Notes: generated by a model from the sequence alone, not told the origin. DNA of 63,620 nt, filler included, from Choristocarpus tenellus KU-1152 (GCA_964200185.2; 12 parts of 12 records of this genome joined end to end with filler, not necessarily neighbours in it); one strand, 5' to 3'. Positions 47,410-60,817 are shown, counted from the first letter of the whole stretch. Program-made: numbers and translations.

Positions 47410-50400
47410 CTCTCTCTCTCTAAACACACAGACACCTAAACACGTGTCAAGCACACTATGAAATGACAACATGATGACCCTCATCGCAGTGGGAAGGTAC
47501 GCACGCACAAACCCAATCAGAAACGTCACTCACGAAAACAAAACCATCTCTACTAACTAACCTATCACACATCCACATCTTCCTAGCCTGGACCCATCCC
47601 CGGCGGTGACCTCTGCCCTCAAACCCCTGTTTCCTTCTGTTTCAATCACCAGCCCAGTCCCTCGCCCAGACACAGGAACCGTTTTGTTGTCGCTGCAGCA
47701 ATCGCTACAGTCTCCTTCCCCAGCATTGCCAATTGCAACGCCACCCAAGGTGGCGCTTCTAACGTGTGGTGACTGATGCAGGTCACTCATACCTTCAGGG
47801 TTGATTATCCTCATACACTTTACAAACTCATCAAAGCTAACCTTCCAGAGCATGGAGAGGAGGTGATGAGTGCATTGGCAAAAACGGGGGATGAAGAGGT
47901 TGTGAGGTTCAAGTAGGAGTACAAGCACAAGCGGTGGGGGAGGGAGGGGGAGGGGGGTTTTGCACAGATTGCTGATCTTGGAAAGCTGGAGTGCTTTGGA
48001 TGTTGGGCAATTATGAATACAAATATAATTCCCTCCAAATAATGCCCACCAATGGCCTCTTGGCAAAGCTCCTCTAATAGTGCTCACACTTGAGTCCACC
48101 ACTATGACCCTGAAGCTGCTCTTTTAACCCTTCTATGTGTGACTGTTTGGCCAACAAAGTAGTGATAGATAGATGTGAGGTGGCACAATAATATTGGGTT
48201 TGAAACTCCTATAGCATCAAAAGGTGGAGAAAAGGCACACCATCTACTACCCCCTTCTCATACATCAGCTTATCAAGAATGCTCCAGCACCCTAGACAAA
48301 AGAGTCCTGCACAAAGTTGAGCACAGCACCTCATCCAAACAGAGCATGCTAGATAAAAACATAACACCAGGTGCACTCATGACAATGACATACCACACAC
48401 TGTTATGAAACACACACACACACACACACACACCATCACTCTATGTATAGAAACACAACCAACATAAAACAAAACAAGTCCCCTACCTCCTTGCCTCTTC
48501 TCTCCTCTCCAGGCTCATGCAACAATCACAACTACACAAGACAAAAAAAAACAAACTCTCCACTCCCCCCCCCCCGCGGCCCNNNNNNNNNNNNNNNNNN
48601 NNNNNNNNNNNNNNNNNNNNNNNNNNTTAATTAATTAANNNNNNNNNNNNNNNNNNNNNNNNNNNNNNNNNNNNNNNNNNNNCAGTCAATTTTGGGTCAA
48701 GCCCATCCTCAATGAAAAGCTCCATCCTCAATTTTTGAAATCAGCCGTTTACTGCCTTCCTGTGCTTCCCATCTACCTACTCCTGCGCCCCAGGGGTGGG
48801 GAGCTAGGGAGGCATGTAATAGTATACATTAATGGTAAAAAAAAATTAGAATTGTCCTATCGTACTCAAGTCTCTGTGGTGTAGCATTAGAGTGTCTTGT
48901 CCCATTTATTTGTGTTCTAATCTTTTTGGATCTCGTAAAAGTCGGAATAATCGCAATTGAAATCAGAGTCGTTTTGTTACCTGTCGTTACCTAATTACAG
49001 TGTGGTAATCTTGAAACTGTCAACTCTGTCGTTCCTAAACAGAGGAAATGCGAGGCACGAGACAGTTTTGTCAACATTTTAATGAGCAGATGAGTGTGGT
49101 GTAATTGTTCCTCTTTTTATATTACTTTTCTGATCTCTTCGGTCGAACGTATTGGTGGAACTCGAAGGCTTTGAGTGATACGACCCCGTTTTTTATTTCT
49201 GGAGGACACGAAAGGGAGTCGAGCAAGATAGATAGGGTATAGGCCTAATGTTTTTTCTTAATTCCATCAATAGGGTGATCCACTTTCGCCGACCAATCAG
49301 GTTGCACTGTTCATGTTGGCGGTATCCAATCAAAACCATAGATATACGGGTGAATTGGAAGAGATTGAAAAAACTGGCGTAAAATGCAAAATGCAAAAAC
49401 CTTGGTACCTTTCGTTTGCTTTACCTCACTGCAAGGTCTGTTGGTGGGAATCAAGACCCTCTCAAATCATATTGTCGTAGATGTAGTGTTGTTGCTGTCA
49501 TCTTGACATCAGTGGTCACATTAGGATTAGGAATATACCACATATCCGTAGCACAAGTCTTGGGAGTCGAAGCTATAGCTAGCTGTCTTTGGAGTCGGGG
49601 CTAGAGCTAACTGAGACTTACAAGGTCACAGCATATACATGGCTCACATCTACGCCATGGGAGAAGAGGAGCAAAGGTAAAGTACAACCAACAGTAGTCA
49701 ACAAAGAAAATAATAGGAGTAACAATCAGAGGTGAGATTGTATACTTTGTGTGCAGTCATGATGACTGATGAAACCGTGAAACGACCTGTTACAAGTATG
49801 TATGTGTACAATCAATACGAAATTACTGTGTGTAATGTACCTGTCACGAGTTAAATGATACGGAAGAAAAAAATTCCAAGCGAAATGATATTGGTACAAA
49901 TTATACTTCGTAATACTATTCATTGGAGATATACCTATGTGCGTATGTGTGTACATACGTGCATAAACGGATGTGTGATTTCATTGTGGTACTTTTGATG
50001 CACAGAAAGAGATTGAGGTATGATGGAGGAAGGAGAGATGAAATATGAATACTTGAAAAATTGTAGTACATGACTGCATTTCTGATGATGTGTTTTTTTC
50101 GTTCTGTTTGCATTAGCTCTTTGTGTTGCTGTCTGTACGATGACTAGAGTTAGGAATGCCATTCTTACGAAAAGCTCTTTAGTATGAATTGAATATTGAA
50201 CAGTATGTAGCTCATGTAAGTTTGTGTGTACTAGCATTTGTATCCTTGTTGTAGAAGGCATGAAGACAAGGTGTTTTCTTGAATTTTTTTGCTTTTCTTT
50301 ATACTCCCGTACTATTTTTTTATCTTCCTGTGTATGCTAAGAACAATAGGTATTATATTACCATTTTTTTTTTCTTGCAATTTCTATAGTAGTTAGGAAT

Positions 50401-51732
50401 TCTATGGTACTAGAGGCATCAATGATTCTATGTATTTTGACTTAGGAACATTCCACGGTCTGACTGATATCATTTACTCCAGACCTTACGCATGTATCGT
50501 CCTGTGTCAAGTGGTACACCATCTGGCTCGTGCATCCTCATCTACCTCACCAGTCGCCCCCTCTCACTTTCACTTTAGGCGGGGGGGGTTTCTTGTTTCC
50601 ACCTCCCCACCCAGGTACCATTATCTTGCACTTTCGTCTGAACACTCCTTACTTCAAACTATTTTTTTTGTTGATATTACGAAATGCTACTTTGGTGCAA
50701 CTATTTTGTGTCTTTTCTGTGTACCCGTAGAACTGTATTTAATGTTTATTATGTATTTCTTGTGTTGTCAGGAAAGTAGACTAGACTTGACAATGATGGT
50801 GGAACTAAGTGAAAGAGCTGGATAGGAATATTAGGCGTACAATATCATTTCTATATACAAAAACAGGAACATATCCAAATTTTAATGAAGATAATACAAA
50901 TGGAAGTAGTTATTAGGAATGTGACCGTAAGTTTTGTAATCTTGCTCAAATCGGATAGAAAAAGAGTTACGAGGTGCACAATGAGGGCAAGGGGCATCTG
51001 ATGGTATGAGCGGAAAATTGACTTTGAAAAAGTAGCACATGGTATGAAGCTAATACTGCTGTTTTTATATTTTTAGGAATAATATAGAAATTTAGCATTG
51101 GTGGGGAAAACGTAGATGTTCCAAGGTTCTATGCGCATATACTGGCAGAGAGTGTATGCTAAGATATTTGTATGTTGGGAGTGATGCAAGGACTCAAGAA
51201 ATACAGGATGTTGTGGGGATAGCCATAAACGATTTATATTATTATTTAGCATACGAGGCGGGACAAGAAAAAGAGGGCATAGGTACGCAATGAGTTTGTT
51301 TATTGCAGACACTAAATTAAATGTATTGAGGCTTCTCTGAATATTTATCAAAAATATTTCGAGCAATAGAGAAATCGATGTTCTCGAGTCAATCTTACCT
51401 CTTCGTCCATAGAACTTAGGGTGAATTACGAAAGATGAATGAAGTGACTTAAAGTGCCAAACGGCCAAGACCTGGGTACCTCTGGTGTACTTTGGGTTTC
51501 TGTGTGGGATCACTTGTATCTTGTATCTCGGGAACGACTTTGAACTGTGCAAATCTGAGACCGTGAAGCGTGTACATTTTGGCAAGGAACTACATAGAAA
51601 AATCCGTTGCTTCATTGAACCTCATCAGGTCGAGATTATTCCCAGCCTTATAAGTCATTCCCCATTTCAACCTCTTAACGTTTAGGCCCTACTGTGCACC
51701 ACTATAGCTCCCCTGAAGAGAAAAGTATACCT

Positions 51733-51973
51733 GAGTTAAAGTATCTTAGAGGGTACGAGTTTTGCCCTGTTTATCCATTTGGAGTTTGGCTTCCCATGAG
51801 TTTTTTTGACATTTTCCTACTTCAAAATTTAGGAGTAGGTAAAATGTGTTGTGTCCGAAACATAGATATTGACACTTCCTAGCAAACACGACAGCCAAAA
51901 TTACATCAAAATCGCAACATTGGATTTTGACCCCCAAATGGACGCGGCTCTACCCTCTAAGATACTTTGCCTC
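51733..51973 (+). mobile_element. MITE family 1, complete, TSD ACCT
   Basis: GAGTTAAAGTATCTTAGAGGGTA ... TACCCTCTAAGATACTTTGCCTC; ACCT on both flanks. Confidence 0.93.
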
Positions 51974-52654
51974 ACCTGCGGAACTCCAGGATCCTGATCT
52001 TTCCACTGCACCACCCAGCATTGACTGTGAACGATTAACTGCAATCCATCCTGTAGCAAGGTCCTCCTCAGAATACCAACTACGATACCCCTGAGATCAC
52101 TTACGTATCCCATAAACGACTTAGGAACTGTGTGAATCAGAGATGGGAGTGCTCCACACAAGGTTCCGAGCTACCACATTAAAGGATCTGTTGGATCAAA
52201 GTATCTGGGGGAGGGTGCCGGCGTCCGTTTTTGACTTTATTGCTTCATTGGACGTCAACTGGTCGAGATTATTTTGAACCCGGTTGGACAGCGCTAAAGC
52301 AGATGCCTCCATTTCCGTCCACAATACGCCACAACCCTCATCTCCTTCCAATGCACCACACAACATCGATAAATTTTGAGGGTGATGCAGCGAAGAGTGA
52401 CATTCAATTTTTTTGTTTTGCTCTCAAAATATGAAGAAAAAAAGAGTGGCCTAGAAACCGAGTTTTGTTCACGACAAAAATGTTCCTTCCTTTTGGGGAT
52501 TGCTGTTATCCCAGTGAACCCCGCACCCTCTCCCCCCACCCCCAGCCCTCAGATTTTGTCAACCAGAATCCTCTGATCTAATAATAGTAGTAATGATGTA
52601 ACTAACTGTTGTATGTGGATTTTTATGTGTGTGTGTTTTTTCCTTTCATTTTAG

Positions 52655-52935
52655 GAGAAAGTGCTGCTGGTAGCCGCCTAGCACACATGATGTCACACAT
52701 GGGAGTGCAGAATGTCTTAGTCGTTGTCTCTCGGTGGTATGGTGGGATTCATCTGGGACCAGACCGTTTCAAGCACATCAACAATGCTGCCAGGACTCTT
52801 CTGGTCGCACAAGAGCACCAGCTGCTCGCAGTGGTTGGGGGAAGGAGTGATGAAGGGAAAAATAGTGGGTCAGGAAGGGGAAAGGGGGGTCGCAAGCAGA
52901 AGGGTCGCCAACGGGGGAGGGGGGAAGGCTCTTAG
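52655..52935 (+). CDS. IMPACT: IMPACT/YIH1 family protein (UPF0029 domain), terminal exon
   Basis: GESAAGSRLAHMMSHMGVQNVLVVVSRWYGGIHLGPDRFKHINNAARTLL follows a polypyrimidine-TAG acceptor and ends at a TAG stop. Upstream exons were not identified. Confidence 0.92.
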
Positions 52936-53849
52936 TTGTCTGTGTGAAGAAGTAATTCTTCACATAGGGTCAAATATTTGTGGGTCACTGATATGGATGT
53001 AGCTCCAAGACTGTTGTAGACTATGTATGAGGGCTCATGGGTTGGTATGACTGTGTGAAAGTGTATTGTTGATGGCATATGGTAAGCCCATTTACAAATG
53101 TCGATTTCTTTCACAGCCATACCTTACCACCAACTTGAACCCAGTCCTATCCTACGTTCCCTATTCAGATTATTTATTTGCTGTTGATTGAAAATCTCTC
53201 AAACTGTGCTACTGTACGCCTTACAAGCTCTCTATGTATATGCGTGGTTTCGTTGTATCCTCCATTTTTTGTGTTAGTAATGATTCAAAGTAAGCGACAG
53301 GTATATTTTTTCTATTACTGTGAGGGCCATCTTCCAAAGAAGGTATGCCTTGAAGGTAATCTATCTTGAAGAATCTGATATTCATACAACATTTGTTTTT
53401 GACATGTTGAAGGTAGCATTTGCTTGAAGGAAATAGCTGGTGGTTTGAGGGGAACTTGCAACACCCCCTCATTCACTTTACCACTACTTGTTCACTCTTT
53501 TCCTGGGTGATGTTCTGAGGGATTGCTCTCCCTCTTGTCTTTGTCTCTCACACACCTGTACTGTTGTACATAGAACACCTTATATTTGCATACCTTGTGT
53601 CAGTATAAGCTATTATACCTAAAAGGATTGCAATAGCATGTGGTCGGAAATGGAGTTTATCTGCTCTTTAGAGAGAGTTTGAAGTAGTGTGTGGTCAAGT
53701 ACTTATTTTGGGCTTTATTGTGTAGCAAACAAACAAGCAAACCATTTGCTCTATGCAATCGCTTCAAGTATAGATTATCAAGCACATACTACTTTGTGAG
53801 AGAAGATAATTGTTATAATACTAACATATCGTGGACATAACTGTCCATC

Positions 53850-54083
53850 AGAATGTAATTAGGTCACGTTTAGATGGCACGACAGTGTGAATGTCTGAAA
53901 AACGAATGAGTGTACCTTTCGTACACCCTTATACGCCAAGTATTTCTGTATAATGTTGGTGGTGTGAGAATGTAATTAGGTCACGTTTAGATGGCACGAC
54001 AGTGTGAATGTCTGAAAAACGAATGAGAGTACCTTTCGTACACCCTTATACGCCAAGTATTTCTGTATAATGTTGGTGGTGTG
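53850..54083 (+). repeat. Near-perfect tandem duplication, 2 x 117 bp
   Basis: Units start AGAATGTAATTAGG at 53850 and 53967; one visible mismatch. Confidence 0.95.
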
Positions 54084-55230
54084 GGTACACTATTGTGTGT
54101 ATTACTACGCTCTCTGACATATTGCAGATTTCTGAAAAAGAAACTATGCTCGAAGGAACTACTGTAGGTACAATAGTAGGTTGTCAGTGCTAAGACACAT
54201 CCCTCAACGATATTTTCTCTTTGAAAATCAACATGCCAATGACAATAATCATTCTGTGATACCATCCTCTTTGCCTCACTTTTCGTCCTATTCTCATCAG
54301 AGGCAGTTGCTGATGTCGCCCAATTTTATGGCAGCTACTAACCCACAAGTGGACAGACCTTCCCCCATTAATGGGGTATCTTTTTGGGAGGTCTATTTGA
54401 GGGGGGTTTGCAGGAGGTAGTCATTTTGGGGTGTTACAAAAGATCGATTGTGGCAGGCACCTTTTGCAAACCCAAAAATTCACCAATGTCACACCCCACA
54501 AAAATGTGTGTTGAAAGAGAGCAACCAAAATGTGGTCGGATCTCATGTTGTGAAAAGGCGATCAAAATGTGACCCGGTCTCGTCCCCTTTAGTTTCACCT
54601 TTGAGAAAGGTTATCTTGAGCGGGCTTTCAAAAGGTCGTGGCATCTTTTGGAAACCTTTCAACAATTTTCTATTCGTTGTAAGGTGTGTTTGGGAGAGGA
54701 TGTTTTGGGGTGAGGGGTTCGAGTCGACATTATCCTTGCATCAAATTTTGAAAAGGTGTGCTGAAAATTTTTGATCAAGAGGAATGCGAAACTAAGAAAG
54801 GGTTGTTTGATCATGGGTCAAAGTATCTGGGGGNNNNNNNNNNNNNNNNNNNNNNNNNNNNNNNNNNNNNNNNNNNNTTAATTAATTAANNNNNNNNNNN
54901 NNNNNNNNNNNNNNNNNNNNNNNNNNNNNNNNNCCTCACAAACCACCCCCCCCCAGATACTTTGACCCACTAACACGATCAAGTCCATGGCCATCGCTTA
55001 CTCAATATGATTGGGCTCACTGACTGGCCATGTACAATCAATTTGAAATATGACCGAGTCCATCGCCATTGCTCACTCTACATGACCAGGGTCACCACCA
55101 TCCATGTATAACCAAGTTCGAACATGACCAAGTCCACGACCATTGACAGTTTCAACATGGTTGGGTCACCTGCCCCCGACCATATGTCCGACAGCGGACA
55201 TGCTATCTGCCTGGCCTGGTGAAAAGTCCT

Positions 55231-55430
55231 GGTCATCCCCGTATGGGGGATCATCCCCGTATGGGGGATCATCCCCATATGGGGGGTCATTCCGGTATGG
55301 GGGGTCACTCCGTCCTGCTGTGCGACCACCTCTTCACCCTCCAACCGTGGCATTTTTGGTTGAGTGTGAGGATAAACGTCTCTACATACCACGCCCAATA
55401 CTCATTGACATTGATGGTCATATCTAACTC
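55231..55430 (-). mobile_element. Tc1/mariner-type transposase relic with an 18-bp tandem amplification
   Basis: TINVNEYWAWYVETFI..(fs)KMPRLEGEEVVAQQDGVTPHTG resembles the QQD(N/G)A.PH second-Asp motif; the TCATCCCCGTATGGGGGA-type unit is repeated about 4 times. Confidence 0.55.
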
Positions 55431-55439
55431 AAAACCCAA

Positions 55440-55608
55440 TGTTAGGAAGTGTCAATATTCTTGTTCCGGATACATCTTTTCATCGCGTACACATTTTACC
55501 TTCGCCGAAATATTTGGGAGTAGGAAAATGTCATAAAAAAAACTAAGGGAAGCCAACCCCCAAACGGCAAACAGGGCAAACCTAGTACCCTCTAAGATAC
55601 TTTCACTC
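55440..55608 (-). mobile_element. MITE family 1, partial
   Basis: Ends TACCCTCTAAGATACTTTCACTC. Confidence 0.85.
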
Positions 55609-55775
55609 ACCAGGGTACTGGCACAAACTACTTTACTTTTTGGTGTGCTATATTGCTCATCCATGGGGTAATGGAACATGACCAGGGCCTCTGTACAATA
55701 ACTTGGACAGCATGGTTGGGAGGTTGAACAACCAATAGAATAAGCTTCCAGAATTGATAGTCGTCAACGACCAAT

Positions 55776-56006
55776 GACCCAAAGCATTAAAGAGGGAAGG
55801 AGTTTTGTCCTGTTTGTCCGTTCGGGGCTTGGCTTACCACGGGTTTTTTATGCCCATTTTGGGTTTTCTGAGTGAACAAAAGGTGTGTCCGGAGCAAGGA
55901 TATTGACACTTGCCAACAAACACGATAGCCAAAATTCATCAAAATCGCAACATTGGATTTATGACCCCGAACAGATGCAGCCCTACCCTCTTAAATGATT
56001 TGGATC
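55776..56006 (+). mobile_element. MITE family 1, diverged copy (flanks CAAT/CAAC)
   Basis: Body matches the family; TIRs are decayed. Confidence 0.8.
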
Positions 56007-56283
56007 CAACCTGAGGATTGGGTTGGGGTGGTTTCCTCCGCTCAATAACGATCCACCTCTCCCTGGAGATGTTTCTCTCGTCGAAACCAAGTTCTAACAA
56101 GGAACCTGCTCACAACAGAGTTCGTGGGTGATAGCGCTGGCGTAAGTGTTGGAACAGGGATGTGATCATACAGATGGATGGCCTCTTGACGTCTGGCACA
56201 GTCACAGGCCTGAGCAAACATTCTTCCAAGACTTGCTCAAGACAAATAATGGTGGGGAGTAGGTAATCTTCCATGAGGGTGAT

Positions 56284-57290
56284 TTAGTTGTTCAACAAGA
56301 AGGGTTGTTGTGTCATCAACACAATCTGACGTTTTGTACGACTAGTGCCCTCTAGAAAACAATCCATAGCCATCGTGCAATGTAGAGTGTACTCATCAAC
56401 AGACTCCGTCTCTTCCTGTTTCAAGGATGTGAGTCTATGGCCCGAAACATTCATAGTATGGGCAGGGGCGAACACATTAATCAAAGGATATCTTCCCACA
56501 AAGTTTGAAGGGTTGTTGGAATTGTATTGGGGAATGACTGCAATCTGACTAGTTTGGTTGGTGAACGCCATTCCATGATACCAGCCAAGGCTTGAAAGCA
56601 AAACGTTTCAGCAGGGCAATGCATAGGTTTTGGTAAATAATGAACGCAAAAGTCTCTGGGGATGCTGGACTGTATAGGTGGAGATGTAAAGTTACAACGA
56701 CATGCAATTTTCATTTAAAGGTGGTTAATCTTGCTCCCCAGAACCTGTAATTGCCAACTCAGTAGGAATATCCGGAGTTGGAGTACGTAAAATGGACTCG
56801 CTCTGGTGTTGAACGAGAGTGCGAGACATTGCTAGATTTTGAAATGGATCTTATGTGATCAGAGCTGCGTCCACGGACCTGGAGCTTCAGGAGTTCCTGA
56901 ACCATCTAGATGGCTAAGTATTGGTTCTCACACTCTCATTGGTGTGGTGGGCAATGAATACGGGTATGGCATCACTGAATTGTGCTTATGAGACGGCCAC
57001 CTCCCGAGTGGTTGAGCGAGGAGAGAAAACTATGCGGTCATCAAAAATGACACAATAGGTGTCACGGTCGTCTGGTGACACTGCTCCTGCACCATCAACA
57101 ATCTCCTGGAGGGGATGGAGGGCACCCTCGTCTACGATCCGCAGGTTCTGAGCTGTCAGGTGATGTGGAAGAGTTAAAAGGAAAACCAGAGTCGGAACTA
57201 TTATTAATGGATGGCTCCATATGTTGGATGAACCCACTTTCAACACGGGATCTTTTGAGGCCAGAGTGGGCGTTATTAAAACCCATCTAT
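56284..57290 (-). mobile_element. Degenerate gag-like ORF (family A), longest copy
   Basis: SPRSTTREVAVS*AQFSDAIPVFIAHHTNESVRTN..QELLKLQVRG...LTSLKQEETESVDEY, containing the gag L..L.Q...ESV.EY motif. Confidence 0.65.
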
Positions 57291-57979
57291 CGCCACTGTA
57301 TAGTATTCTCAGCACACAGTTCGACAGGTGTGTGCAATTTCTCCGTTAAGCAGTTGTGAACATGATGCACAACCTGGAAGGCATCCACAGTTGGCTACAG
57401 AGATTAAAACAGAGAGTCCCAGAGAGCCAAATAAGAGGAGCAGGGACTGACATTGTCTATTGTGAGATGCTCTGCAAATACACCAATCGCATCACACATG
57501 TTTGTTGGACACACGCATGCCACAAAATAACTGGCCTGATCACTCACTCTTAAAGGGCATATATATTGTATCAACACATTTTTAGTTTCATGTCCATTGC
57601 CATTCTGAATCCTCACAAAGCAACATACTCCCTGTGTTTCGTAAGTCTGCGATGCTATGAATTTTCACTTACTGTTTTGGACGTTTTTATTAATATGAAG
57701 ACTTTACGTTGGTGTGTGGCTGAGATTTAAGGTTGGTTCAACGGTTCAGAGAGAGCAGTAACTAAGCCTCCACCAGAAAGGAAAGGAGGAGCTAACCGCG
57801 GGGAGCTGGGAGCAATCTAGGCGCTGGGACCATAAACTCATGGAAGAGAACACAGAAGGTCAGCGGAAGAGGCGGCCAAGGTACAACTGGTCAACGTACG
57901 GACCATATTACAACAAGATCCCCTACCAGAGACGAGATTAGGACCAACAGAAGATGTTTAAACTGTGGACTGATCAAGC

Positions 57980-58330
57980 ATATTGGTCCTTGTTCTTTCG
58001 AAGGAATATGCTACAACCGTGGAGGTAAAGGAAACCTTCAGATCGTTTGTCGCCAGAGGAGAGTGACACCGTCGGAAAAGGCGGAGGAATTAGCTGGACC
58101 AGGGTTGGAGCCAGAAAAGAAAACCAGAGGAAGCTTGTCAGCAAAGGGCTGCCTGTATAAGACTTGTAAGTCTGGGAAGTAAATAATATCTACTCCAGAC
58201 CATCAAGAACCATCTTCCATATCTGAGGCACCCTGGCGAGGAAGGTTGTTAGCAAAGGACTTCACTCAACAAGAGGATGTACAAGACATTCAATTATGAT
58301 AGGCTTCAAGCCTGGGGGAGTGAGTGCTAC
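57980..58330 (+). mobile_element. Possible Ty1/Copia reverse transcriptase relic
   Basis: WRGRLLAKDFTQQEDV resembles YKARLVAKGFTQ.EGVD; heavily decayed. Confidence 0.45.
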
Positions 58331-58512
58331 GTCCAACAGGAGAAAAAGCAGAAGGGGGCTGGTTCAAATTTTTAACCATAAACTAAGCGAGGGGTCATCA
58401 TGGGACACGATTNNNNNNNNNNNNNNNNNNNNNNNNNNNNNNNNNNNNNNNNNNNNTTAATTAATTAANNNNNNNNNNNNNNNNNNNNNNNNNNNNNNNN
58501 NNNNNNNNNNNN

Positions 58513-58666
58513 GGGTCTACACGAGGGTGTCCATTTGGACCAAAATCGGGAAAAGTGCATTTGCATTATCCATCCGACGCATGGCAACCAAATAACCCAA
58601 AAATCGCGATATGAAAAAATTGACCCCAAATGGACAGCCGCCCCCCCCTCCCAGATACTTTGAGCC
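58513..58666 (-). mobile_element. MITE family 2, partial (contig start)
   Basis: Ends CCCCTCCCAGATACTTTGAGCC. Confidence 0.88.
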
Positions 58667-59220
58667 ATTTTGGAATAAAAAAGTGAAGTGAAATGGAAGT
58701 ATTTTCGTCCTATAATGGTTAATTCTTTTTATCACATTGTTTGTCCAGCAAATTGTTGAGGTCGTTTTCTGGTAGGATTTGTTGTTCCTGACTATGGTGA
58801 GGGCTATTTTCTCTAAAACGTTTGTTGTCCAGGACAGCACTTGGACCATTTGATTAATAAGATTACTTATCTAGACGATCCTTTGTCGTGCCGAACGTGA
58901 CCCAGGTCGAACTTACCAGTGAGGGAAATAAAGTAAAGTGTGTTTCGGAGTTGACGATAATGAAACTCAACTGGGTTGGGGGCTGATTTTTGGCGCCTTT
59001 TCAACGCATGTGTGCGCAAACCAATAAATCATAACCTTTGAAGCAGCAGTAGACTTCAAGAAGCTCCGGTCCACTTGGCCAAGATAAAACATTGTAGTAG
59101 TAGAAGCTAGTACTATATCCCAGCCTGTGGATAGTGGATATTTGTATCTTCCCTTCATGCCACACCCCTTCTCTTCTACCTATAGAGTATTTGTTTTCAT
59201 CCTGTCCCCATTTCCTTCCA

Positions 59221-59473
59221 GAGCCAAAGTATCTTAGAGGGTAGAGTCGCGTCCATTTGGGGCAAAAAATCAATTTTGCGATTTTGATGTAATTTTGGCT
59301 ATCGTCTTTGTTCGGAAGTATCATCTTTGTTCCGGACACACCTTTTCATAATGTTAACATTTTACCTACTCTGAATTCTGGCGTAGGAAAATGTCATTAA
59401 AAAATCCCATCGGAAGCTAAGCCGGAAATGGACAAACAGGGCAAAACTCGTACCCTCTAAGATACTTTCACTC
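59221..59473 (-). mobile_element. MITE family 1, complete, TSD TCCA
   Basis: GAGCCAAAGTATCTTAGAGGGTA ... TACCCTCTAAGATACTTTCACTC; TCCA on both flanks. Confidence 0.94.
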
Positions 59474-59499
59474 TCCACCTTCTTCGATATTTAAAGGGC

Positions 59500-60817
59500 C
59501 TCATGGCGAGTCCTTTTCACATAAGCTATTTGTGCAAGCCCGCAGTACGGACTTTGGGATCGTCCATCCACACCCTCCTCTCTACAGGTGTCCCCTCAGC
59601 AGAAGACCTGGCGGAAATCATTGGCCAAGACTGGGTAACCTGGGGGGGGAACAACACCCCCCACACCTACCCCAGAGGTTCCCATTCTGGCAGCTCATGA
59701 CACCTGGATCACAAGGAGGGCTCAACACGAGATCACTAACCTCCTGAACAGGATTCGTTTTGATTCCTTCCGGACACAACTAGCCAGCCTTCCAAATGAA
59801 GTACAACAAAGGAACGTTCCTCACTAGCCCTAGCACGCCACCAGAGCCAGTGTGGACAAAGAGCAAATGCACCGGCCTCGACACAACCCCTGAAGCCGGC
59901 ACGCCAGATCCCCCCTGCAGAATTCAAAGTCACTGCCAGCAGATCCCTAGGGAGGGAAGAGGCCCTGTCAAACAAGTGCCCAGTGACTGGATGCAGGAGG
60001 CAAAATGTCGACAGCAGACATGCTCCAGGTGCGACAACACATCCCTATGGTGAAACGTGTCAGCCAACTATGCAAGGGGATGGATATCCCTTGCACTACG
60101 GAGGATGGAGCTCCTTCACTGTTGACAGGAATTTCTGCATAGATCTAGTCTTCCATGCAGGGGCACTCGCAGATGCAGGATCAGCCCCCTACTGGGACAA
60201 AGGCCTTCCACTCGACACTATATTCGTGGAAGTATAGGTAACCTCCCACCTCCCACACTCATCCACCAGCAATGGTGTAGCTGCTGCTGCAGCTGAGGCG
60301 CAAAAGCGAATTCACTACGAGGGCTCTTTTGACCCTTGTAGTTATAACCTCAATACCTTCGCGGGGGAAAGTTTTGAACACATCAGCAAGCAAGCGGAAC
60401 GTTTCCTGGATGAGGTAGCTACGCACGCGGTGGGGGGGAGAGGAAATGGAAGATACAGCAGAAAAGGAGCCATCAAATCCCGCCTACGCCAGATCGTCTC
60501 AGTCACAACGCAAGTAGCCATATCAAGACGGACCATGCGTTTTAAGTTGGAGTCACCAGGGAGATGGGCATGGAGGGGTTTGTTAGATTCTTGGGATGCT
60601 TCCCTAGCTCTTCACACTGGGGTGCAGGAATAGGTTTGAGACACAGGAAGGCAGTAGTACAACATAGATAGTAAGTAGTAAAATAGGAAATAGATTAACA
60701 TTATTAATTTTTTTGACAACTGTTACTTCTTTAGGGATTTTTCAGACATGTAAATAGTTTTCATTAGTTTTTCCCCTGGCAGGTTTCCAAAATCTCAAAG
60801 GGCATAATAAAATAAAT
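59500..60817 (+). mobile_element. CRE-like RLE non-LTR retrotransposon 3' part with 3'UTR (5' limit approximate)
   Basis: PAEFKVTASRSLG..KCPVTGCRRQNVDSRHA..RNFCIDLVF..LPLDT..AAAAEAQKRIHYEGSFDPCSYNLNTFAGESFE..AERFLDE, i.e. a zinc knuckle plus PD-(D/E)xK-type RLE pattern; ends GGGCATAATAAAATAAAT. Confidence 0.8.

Noticed and set aside
44763-48582. Possible exons (e.g. 47781-47905 VTHTFRVDYPHTLYKLIKANLPEHGEEVMSAL; about 45740-45790)
   Set aside because: Plausible splice context, but no recognisable homology or consistent gene model.
191-52935. A functional gene cluster (KAS, methyltransferase, CysRS, IMPACT)
   Set aside because: The genes are on separate contigs joined artificially and are ordinary housekeeping genes.
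55231-55312. Palindromic CRISPR-like repeats
   Set aside because: Units are directly adjacent, with no spacers.
4303-58512. Regularly recurring TTAATTAATTAA palindrome
   Set aside because: Always embedded in 44+44 Ns; an artificial six-frame-stop linker.
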